Notes under the pieces: generated by a model | What the model was told of the DNA's origin: nothing | The model's database searches: none | The model's input: only the letters and a program-made list of their open reading frames with translations | In this document: in pieces, positions 1 through 7,700 of the stretch | Layout: every line of letters begins with the position of its first letter | Numbering within the stretch: position 1 is the stretch's first letter | Assembly: GCA_002269645.1 (NCBI GenBank) | Contig: NIVC01000361.1 | Coordinates: 203,328 to 218,984 of the forward strand | Direction of reading: 5' to 3' | Length of the DNA: 15,657 nt | Source of the DNA: Macrostomum lignano | Taxonomy: Eukaryota | Program-made: the position numbers and the translations under genes

Positions 1-1
1 G

Positions 2-820
2 CTGGTGATGGCAGGACCAGTTCTCCAAGTTCCTGACCGCCGTGCCGATGCCAGCTCAGACCGCCAATACGATCGCGGGACTCCCTGCTCGGAGTCCGTC
101 CGTCATCCACTCGGACCAGGGCGCGAACTTCGAGAGCGAGCTGTTCCAGGAGACGCTCAAAGCACTGGGCATCAGGAAGATCCGCAGGAAATGGACTGGT
201 GGAGCGCGGCAACAAAGTCGCTGCTTCAGCTGCTGAGGCTGTTCGCCGAGACCGAGTTTAGCTGTGAGGAGCAGCTGCCGCTGGTGGTCCTGTCCTACAA
301 ACTCCAGCTGGCGGTCCACAGCTCAAACCAAGGCTCTTGCGCGGGCAGAGCAAGCGAGCGGCAGTTCGACATCGGCACCTACTCGGCACTGCTGGAGCGG
401 CGGCTGGCCCGGATCCGCGAGTTCGTCGAGGAGAACCTGCAGCTGGTAGTCGCCGGGCAGCAGCAGAAGGCGGCTCACGAGAAGAAGGCGGCGGACCTGC
501 CGCAGTTCCCACAAGGCGCCGAGGTGCTGCTTAACATCGAGATGCAGCGCTCGAAGTTGGCGCCCAACTGGAAGCCGGGCTAGACGGTGCTTGAGCAGCG
601 CGGTCACTGGGTGTGCATCCGCCGCGCCTTCGGCAGCCGGCCGGTCCGTTGGGTGAACGTGAACCGGCTGCGCAGGCGGTTTGAAGCCCAGCCCGACTCT
701 GACCAGCTCCGCCAGCAGCCGGTGACCCACCAGGTTGCGCCGGAAACCAGACAGACCGAGCAGCGGCACCCGGCCAGGCAGCGGCGGCCTCCGGACTTCT
801 TTGGCGTGAGGACTGTGTGA
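2..820 (+). mobile_element. Degenerate Ty3/Gypsy LTR-retrotransposon pol, integrase core and C-terminus (pseudogenised, 5'-truncated by the window)
   Basis: Stitching frames gives LVM/QDQFSKFLTAVPMPAQTA...SVIHSDQGANFESELFQETLKALGIRKIR / GNGLVERGN / KSLLQLLRLF...LPLVVLSY...KLAPNWKPG*TV...WVNVNRLRR...RPARQRRPPDFFG. These match the rve motifs IHSDQGxNFES and NGxVERxN, a GPY/F-like KLAPxW motif and the typical RxRRPP tail. Several frameshifts and an in-frame TAG at 581-583. Confidence 0.9.
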
Positions 821-879
821 GAGATGCATTCAGATAAATCCCGGAGTCAAACTTGTATGTCTATGGTGAAGTTGGGGAT

Positions 880-928
880 GGGGGTGTGGGGGTGAAGCCC
901 CTGCTGGGGTGTGGGGGCGAAGCCCCAC
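880..928 (+). repeat. Tandem duplication of a G-rich ~26-bp unit (GGGGTGTGGGGGYGAAGCCCC)
   Basis: gggggtgtgggggtgaagcccctgct is followed by ggggtgtgggggcgaagccccac. Each copy has a GGGG-N-GAAG-CCCC stem-loop. Confidence 0.8.
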
Positions 929-1278
929 ATTCTTACCATAGACAAAATTTCATTAAGAAATTTCTCGAGTCACGAAGCAAGAGAAGAGAGAAGCTCGCTT
1001 ATTTAGATACATACAATAATCCTTGCAATATGTCCGGGAAAGTGATCGATTAAATCCCGCAAAATAAAATCTATGTCAATAACCTCCCTGAAAGTGAGCT
1101 TTAAAATGGTTTAAGTAGGAATGTACATCTCACTTTATATGTACCGATGCTTGATGCCAATAAATATATCGTTCACTGCCCCGCGGGGCTTTCGTGTTTT
1201 TGATTTCACACTGCTAAATACCCCATGTCACACAAAGGCATACAGCCTGTTACAGAGGACTGCTGCCTGATGCATTGT

Positions 1279-2004
1279 ACACAGAGGCCTACAGCCTGTT
1301 ATACACAGAGGTCTACAGTCTGTTACACAGAGGCCTACAGCCTGTTATACACAAAGGTCTACAGTCTGTTACACAGAGGTCTACAGTCTGTTACACAGAG
1401 GTCTACAGTCTGTTACACAGAGGTCTACAGTCCGTTACACAGAGGCCTACAGTCTGTTACACAGAGGTCTACAGTCTGTTACACAGAGGTCTACAGTCTG
1501 TTACACAGAGGTCTACAGCCTGTTACACAGAGGCCTACAGTCTGTTACACAGAGGTCTACAGCCTGTTACACAGAGGCCTACAGTCTGTTACACAGAGGT
1601 CTACAGTCTGTTACACAGAGGCCTACAGTCTGTTGCACAGAGGTCTACAGCCTGTTACACAGAGGCCTACAGTCTGTTACACAGAGGTCTACAGTCTGTT
1701 ACACAGAGGTCTACAGCCTGTTACACAGAGGCCTACAGTCTGTTACACAGAGGTCTACAGTCTGTTACACAGAGGCCTACAGTCTGTTACACAGAGGTCT
1801 ACAGCCTGTTACACAGAGGTCTACAGTCTGTTACACAGAGGTCTACAGCCTGTTACACAGAGGTCTACAGTCTGTTACACAGAGGTCTACAGTCTGTTAC
1901 ACAGAGGTCTACAGCCTGTTACACAGAGGTCTACAGTCTGTTACACAGAGGTCTACAGTCTGTTACACAGAGGCCTACAGTCTGTTACACAGAGGTCTAC
2001 AGCC
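1279..2004. repeat. Minisatellite, 33 units of 22 bp, ACACAGAGGYCTACAGYCTGTT
   Basis: Unit starts at 1279, 1303, 1325, 1349, then every 22 bp to 1987. Two units carry an extra AT. A degenerate copy lies at 1230-1251. Confidence 0.98.
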
Positions 2005-2166
2005 TTAATAAAGCAGAACTCAGAAGCCAGCCGAGTTGTCAAAATTTTTGATCGCATTAGGAGGCGAAGCATTTTGTCCACAAATTAGCTACTGTAGTGA
2101 GACACACCTGTCAAATATTCGTATATTTTGCTAATCATATCAAATTCAGCACTCGGGCATTACAAT

Positions 2167-2188
2167 GACACAGACAGACAGACAAACA
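2167..2188. repeat. Short (GACA)n/(GTCT)n microsatellite
   Basis: gacacagacagacagacaaaca. Confidence 0.85.
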
Positions 2189-2771
2189 AAAACACGGAAA
2201 TCAAAGAGAAGCGTAACAGATGAAAAGAACGCCTTTAGCTTTTGTTTCTTTGTCGAGAAGTTTTTTCAAACAATTAATTTATGAGTTTTACGCAAAAGCA
2301 AACAGAAGTTTCGCGCCAGAGATTATGAAAACAATTTACACAAGAAAATCTTACAAGCTACTACTGTTAAAACATCGTATGAACCAAGACAAGAGACACG
2401 AAAGCAACAAGACTTCAGTGTTAAATAATAAGGGTAACTTTTTGAACATAAAAATATTCAGAATTAAAATAATGAGTCACCGAATGCCACTGTGTCTCAG
2501 GCCGAACTTCTCATGGCCTCAATCAAAATCTTTCTGAATAAATTCAATATTTTTTGACGAAGCGGTGCTACTAGATAAAGTTTTGCAGATAGTCTGACAG
2601 GAGACACAAAGTTGCTCATCATTGATGATAACAGCTTTTTAATGTTTTTTAATAATTTATTTATTACAAATTTGAGAAATGCAAACAAGAAAGTCCTCTT
2701 TGACATTTAAGCATTTCGCCTGTATACAGGACGAGCCAATGTTATTGCCATGGGCGTCACTGGGCCTACCG

Positions 2772-3480
2772 GTCATAAGGGTCATTAGTCCCAAATAGTC
2801 ATAAGGGTCATTAGTCCCAAATAGTCATAAGGGTCATTAGTCCCAACCAGTCATAAGGGTCATTAGTCCAAACCAGTCATAAGGGTCATTAGTCCAAACC
2901 CGTCATAAGGGTCATTAGTCCAAACCAGTCATTAGGGTCATTAGTCCCAACCAGTCATAAGGGTCATTAGTCCCAACCAGTCATTAGGGTCATTAGTCCA
3001 AACCCGTCATAACGGCCATTAGTCCCAACCAGTCATTAGGGTCATTAGTCCAAACCCGTCATAACGGTCATTAGTCCCAACCAGTAATCATAAGGGTCAT
3101 TAGTCCCAACCAGTAATCATACCGGTCATTAGTCCCAACCAGTAATCATAACGGTCATTAGTCCCAACCAGTAATCATAACGGTCATTAGTCCCAACCAG
3201 TAATCATAACGGTCATTAGTCCCAACCAGTAATCATAACGGTCATTAGTCCCAACCAGTAATCATAACGGTCATTAGTCCCAACCAGTAATCATAACGGT
3301 CATTAGTCCCAACCAGTAATCATAACGGTCATTAGTCCCAACCAGTAATCATAACGGTCATTAGTCCCAACCAGTCATCATAAGGGTCATTAGTCCCAAG
3401 CAGTCATTAGGGTCATTAGTCCCGACCAATCTTAAAGGTCATTAATCACAACCGGTCATATGGTTGAGATTAATGACCCT
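2772..3480. repeat. Minisatellite: 12 x 26-bp units, then 11 x 29-bp units (core GGTCATTAGTCCCAA), ending in an inverted unit
   Basis: Unit starts every 26 bp from 2772 to 3058 and every 29 bp from 3084 to 3374. One 26-bp unit at 3403, then degenerate and inverted units. Confidence 0.97.
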
Positions 3481-3728
3481 AATTTGGCCCAATAATTAAG
3501 TTACTATTTTGAGTGCTCACACGCAGGCAATCACGAACAATAACAACTGTCAATATTAATATATAAAAGACCAAACGGGTTTAGTCAGAACCAGAACAAC
3601 AGTTATCGTCACTCAACTGACAAGTTATAATAATATATAGTTGACAAATAACACTGACTGGCAGTCCTTCCCACTATTGTTATTTACCTTCTCTCTGTCT
3701 CTATAAATTTTTCTGAAAATCTAGCAGA

Positions 3729-3734
3729 TTTATT
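3729..3734 (-). promoter_or_regulatory. Candidate polyadenylation signal AATAAA of the KDM3-like gene
   Basis: Plus-strand tttatt about 70 nt downstream of the TGA stop, followed by AT-rich sequence. Confidence 0.6.
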
Positions 3735-3801
3735 GAAAGAAAACAATATTTATCAGCAATGAGATGCTGTCTTGCTACTAGCAGTAGTGCAGCAAGGGGC
3801 G

Positions 3802-3993
3802 TCACTGGGACAGAATCGCTACGCAGTCCTTCACGCTGTGGTAGATCATGTTCTTCACCTGCAGCTTGTCCTCGTGGTTGGAGTGCGCCGACGACAGCTG
3901 GCGGAACTCTCTCGTGAGCTGAAGGCACTGCTTGATGTTCTCCGGGCTGACAAAGTCTGTGGCCACTTTGATGCAGCTGTGCAGGTTCCTCAC
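3802..3993 (-). CDS. KDM3: KDM3/JMJD1-like demethylase, last coding exon (end of JmjC, stop)
   Basis: [63 protein letters not shown], matching the family motifs SCIKVAxDFVSPE and HEDKLQVKN. Acceptor cccccag|GTG, phase 0. TGA at 3804-3802. Confidence 0.96.
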   Translation of the reverse strand: MRNLHSCIKVATDFVSPENIKQCLQLTREFRQLSSAHSNHEDKLQVKNMIYHSVKDCVAILSQ

Positions 3994-4068
3994 CTGGGGG
4001 AGGTTGGGGGGGGGGTTGGTGGCTTAAGTGGGATTGGCAGCATAGCGGCTGGAATAGGGCAGGCAGGG

Positions 4069-4492
4069 ACAGAACATCACACAGCATAGCACACAGCACA
4101 GCACACAGAACAGCACACAGAACAGCACACAGCACAGAACAGCACAGCACACAGAACAGCACACAGCACAGCACACAGAACAGCACACAGCACAGCACAC
4201 AGCACAGAACAGCACAGCACACAGAACAGCACACAGCACAGCACACAGAACAGCACAGAACAGCACAGCACACAGAACAGCACACAGCACAGCACACAGA
4301 ACAGCACAGCACACAGAACAGCACAGCACACAGAACAGCACACAGCACAGCACACAGAACAGCACACAGAACAGCACAGAACAGCACAGCACACAGAACA
4401 GCACACAGCACAGCACACAGAACAGCACAGAACAGCACAGCACACAGAACAGCACACAGAACAGCACAGAACAGCACACAGCACAGAACAGC
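4069..4492. repeat. Compound microsatellite of ACAGC/ACAGA/ACACAG(A/C) 5- and 7-bp units in intron 3
   Basis: Continuous acagcacacagaacagcacacagc...; it generates the spurious CCAV/LCAV ORFs. Confidence 0.97.
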
Positions 4493-4508
4493 AGCGCCCA
4501 TCCCTAAC

Positions 4509-4784
4509 CTGGTGCGGTGCCCCAGCCGGGATGAAGATGGCGTCCCCCAGGAACTGCACAATGGTGAACGGCCGGACTCCGTGCTCCTCGCGCAGCTGTT
4601 CGAGCAGACTCGAGCTCAGGTACGCCAGCTGGTCGTGGATCGGGTCGCTGTCCGGGTCCAGCCGCTCGCCCCGCTCGGCCAGCACGCGGTGCAGGAACCG
4701 GCGGATCGCTGGCGCGTCACTCGGGCTGAAGATCTGCCACAGGGCGCCGGGGACGCGGCGGTCCACCGTCACTGAGCGGAGAAC
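4509..4784 (-). CDS. KDM3: KDM3/JMJD1-like demethylase, JmjC exon (92 codons)
   Basis: VLRSVTVDRRVPGALWQIF...DPIHDQLAYL...FTIVQFLGDAIFIPAGAPHQ, with motifs PGALW, DPIHDQ and QFLGDAxFIPAGAPHQ. Acceptor gccgcag|GTT, donor CAG|gttagg, phase 0/0. Confidence 0.96.
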
Positions 4785-4819
4785 CTGCGGCGGGTGATGG
4801 AGGTAGGGAGGGTCAGTGG

Positions 4820-5275
4820 GATAACAGAGAGAGGGTGGAGGATAAAAAGAGGGCAAAGTGAGGGTTGAGTGTAGTTAGACTAGAGTGAGAGTATAGAAGG
4901 GGTAGAAAGAGGGTCGAGTGAGGGTAGAGTGAGAGTAGAGAGGGGAGAAGAAAGAGGGTAGAGTGAGGGTAGAGAGGGTAGAGTGACAGTAGAAAGAGGG
5001 TAGAGTGAGGGTAGAGTGAGAGTAGAGAGAGGGTAGAGTGAGGGTAGACAGAGGGTAGAGTGAGAGTAGACAGAGGGTAGAGTGAGAGTAGACTGAGGGT
5101 AGAGTGAGAGTAGACTGAGGGTAGAGTGAGGGTAGACGGAGGTAGGGTTAGAGTAGAGAGGGGGAGTAGAAAGAGGGTAGAGTGGTAGAGTGAGGGTTAC
5201 GTAGACAGAAAATAGAGTGACGGTAGAGGGTAGAGAGGGTAGACAGAGGGTAGAGTGAAGTTAGGGGGTAGGTAG
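4820..5275. repeat. Degenerate purine-rich minisatellite, ~11-bp unit GAGRGTAGAST, in intron 2
   Basis: gagggtagagt / gagagtagact / gagagtagaca units, most regular at about 5000-5135. Confidence 0.9.
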
Positions 5276-5539
5276 GTGACGGTATTTGCATGCAGAAGAC
5301 AGTGGCAGGAGACGGGGGTACACAGCAGAGTTGGTTAACTAGAATTTTTCAGGTATTGGAGCATTCTTTATATTTCAGTAAGCAAGGCGCAAAAATTAAT
5401 AACTATATTTTCTATTATCTAAACAAATTCATTAAAGTGCTGTCGAGAATAGTCATGAATATTTAATCCCAAAACATCCGCATAGCACTACTCACAATGG
5501 GTAAACAATAAGTAGTATGAAGATCCGATAAAAACCAAC

Positions 5540-5842
5540 CTGCGGATCAACTTTCGCCCGCTCCAAGGCGGCATAGACGGCCGCCTTCTGCTGTTCCACG
5601 GCGTCTTCGGGCACGCCGACGTACACCAGCAGGTTCACGGCGTCGGCGATGTCCAGGTGGAGGTTTGTGGTGCCGGTGGCGTCGCAGCGGGCCATGCCGT
5701 AGGCGTTGTACATTTTCGGGCCGAGGTCAGGCTGGACAAAGAAGGCCGGCAGCCTGGTGGCCAGGTTCAGCCGGCCGTCGCGCCTGCTGTACTCTGGCAG
5801 CGGCAGGGCGCGCTGAAAATCCTCATAGCGGTCTGGCAGGAT
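5540..5842 (-). CDS. KDM3: KDM3/JMJD1-like demethylase, JmjC exon with the HxD iron ligands (101 codons)
   Basis: [49 protein letters not shown]...[20 protein letters not shown]...VDPQ. Acceptor cgcgcag|ATC, donor CAG|gttggt, phase 0/0. Confidence 0.97.
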
Positions 5843-5984
5843 CTGCGCGGACATTGCGTTGAACTCTGCTTTATTTTGTATTGATCGATACATATCGGCT
5901 GTTGTTCTACGGTAGAGTTGTGGGGCTGCTCTGGGTGAATAGGACTGGGGTTTGGCGGTTCTAAGAACTAGTTTCTGGTGTCCT

Positions 5985-6661
5985 TGGTCTCAGGGCCCTG
6001 GGTTCTTAGGTTTCAATGATCTAGGGTTCTTGGGTCCTGCTTTCTGGGGTCCTTGTTTCCGGAGTTCTGGGATCCTTGTTTCCGGAGTTCTGGGTCCTGG
6101 GTTCTGGGGTCCTGGATTCTTGGGTCCTGGGTTCTGGGGTCCTGGGTTCTAGGGTCCTGGGTTCTGGGGTCCTGGGTTCTAGGGTCCTGGGTTCTATGGT
6201 CCTGGGCTCTAGGGTCCTGAGTTCTGGGGTCCTGGGTTCTGGGGTCCAGGGTTCTAGGGTCCTGGGTTCTGGGGTCCTGGGTTCTGGGGTCCAGGGTTCT
6301 AGGGTCCTGGGTTCTAGGGTCCTGGGTTTTAGGGTCCTGGGCTCTGCTGGGTTCTGGGGTCCTGGGCTCTGGGGTCCTGAGTTCTGGGGTCCTGGGTTCT
6401 GGGGTCCAGGGTTCTAGGGTCCTGGGTTCTGGGGTCCAGGGTTCTAGGGTCCTGGGTTCTGGGGTCCTGGGTTCTAGGGTCCTGGGTTTTAGGGTCTTGG
6501 GCTCTGTTGGGTTCTGGGGTCCTGGGCTCTGGGGTCCTGAGTTCTGGGGTCCTGGGTTCTAGGGTCCTGGGTTTTAGGGTCCTGGGCTCTGCTGGGTTCT
6601 GGGGTCCTGGGCTCTGGGGTCCTGAGTTCTGGGGTCCTGGGTTCTTGGGGTTCTGGGTCCT
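5985..6661. repeat. Minisatellite, 15-bp unit GGGTTCTRGGGTCCT, in intron 1
   Basis: Regular 15-bp period from about 6085 to 6660, degenerate to the left. A ~80-bp variant block containing gggctctgct recurs at about 6321, 6481 and 6566. Confidence 0.96.
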
Positions 6662-7254
6662 GGAAATATGATTCCTTAATGAATACAACAGTCAGTCTGT
6701 TAATATCTTGTGCGAAAAATCGTCAAAAAATAACAACGCGCTACTTTCTACTAACCAACTCTCCTATTAAGTAGAATAGAAAGCAACTGCAATCAAGCCA
6801 AGAGATTTAAACCCATGAAATTCTGCGATTCTATGAAAATCGGATTCGATTTGAAACGCGACACGGCGACAGCTGCGAAGGCCAGAGCGAAATTCGAAAG
6901 CATCGAATGCAAGACTCCCGGGATCAATTGAGAGGGCGGAAAGGGGGGAAGGAGGGAAGAGGGCGGATGGGAGAGGAAGTAGGCGAAAGCTGTGTAGCAG
7001 AGATGAGGAAAATTACTGCATTTGGAGCCTGAGCATGCTGCTGCTTCTGCTTTTTTTGCTGCTACAAGACCCAAATATTTTTCAGATGAGGCACCGCCTG
7101 AAGACAGGATGCAGCAATGCTTCAATTATTCGGAGGATACATCGAGTCTGCACTGCCACAGCCTGTCCCATATATTCATGTAATCCCCACATTATCATAA
7201 TGGGAAATCCTTAGATACTAATGCAATTAATGAGAAACACGAGATTCCACAAAA

Positions 7255-7690
7255 CAGGAGAAATCCCAGATCCCCTGCAACAGAAATCCCAGATCCCTAA
7301 ATCATCCCAGATCCCAAAAATATCCCAGATCCGAAAATGATCCCAGATCCGAAAATGATCCCAGATCCCAAAAATGATCCCAGATCCCAAAAATGATCCC
7401 AGATACGAAAATGATCCCAGATCCCAAAAATAATCCCAGATCCGAAAATGATCCCAGATCCGAAAATGATCCCAGATTCTAAAAATGATCCCAGATCCGA
7501 AAATGATCCCAGATCCCAAAATTATACTAGATCCAAAAATGATCCCAGATCCCAAAAATAATCCCAGATCCGAAAATGATCCCAGATCCCAAAAATAATC
7601 CCAGATCCGAAAATGATCCCAGATCCAAAAATGATCCCAGATCCGAAAATGATCCCCAGATCCCAAACTGATCTAGAAATCCTAAATCCC
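7255..7690. repeat. Minisatellite, 18/19-bp unit GATCCCAGATCC(G/CA)AAAAT, in intron 1
   Basis: Repeated gatcccagatccgaaaat / gatcccagatcccaaaaat, running to about 10 nt from the donor site. Confidence 0.96.
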
Positions 7691-7700
7691 CAGTCCGAAC

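Larger units (their letters stand above)
1164..2203 (-). mobile_element. Probable non-autonomous Helentron (DINE-1/HINE-like) element with central tandem array; ends approximate
   Basis: Perfect palindrome GCCCCGCGGGGC (1178-1189) next to subterminal IR TTTCGTGTTTTTG (1190-1202). Its inverse, CAAAAACACGGAAA (2187-2200, one indel), follows (GACA)3 at 2173-2184. Central 22-bp array. Both putative ends lie in AAA runs (TTT on minus). No ORF. Confidence 0.6.

Noticed and set aside
1178-1202. GC palindrome plus T-rich run as a Rho-independent terminator
   Set aside because: The locus is eukaryotic with spliceosomal introns; the motif is better explained as an element end.
1225-2088. 287-aa and 258-aa repetitive ORFs
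   Set aside because: Products of a stop-free 22-bp unit cycling through all frames; not protein-like.
2396-2405. ACACGAAAGC, inverse of 1188-1197, as an alternative element end
   Set aside because: An isolated 10-mer without the adjacent microsatellite; the 2187-2200 match is longer and fits the architecture better.
2220-2706. Short AT-rich ORFs (105 aa and 69 aa)
   Set aside because: Composition is unlike the GC-rich true exons; no motifs.
2928-3415. TTAGGG hexamers as interstitial telomere
   Set aside because: They are isolated, occur only in a few variant units and are never tandem.
1279-3480. Arrays as CRISPR loci
   Set aside because: Head-to-tail units with no unique spacers, no cas genes and a eukaryotic context.
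4024-4561. Cys-rich (CCAV/LCAV) ORFs resembling metallothionein or keratin-associated proteins
   Set aside because: Translation of the intronic CTGTG/CTGTT microsatellite.
6793-7125. 110-aa minus-strand ORF in intron 1 as an extra exon or nested gene
   Set aside because: No recognisable homology, and the flanking exons already join in frame across a conserved motif.
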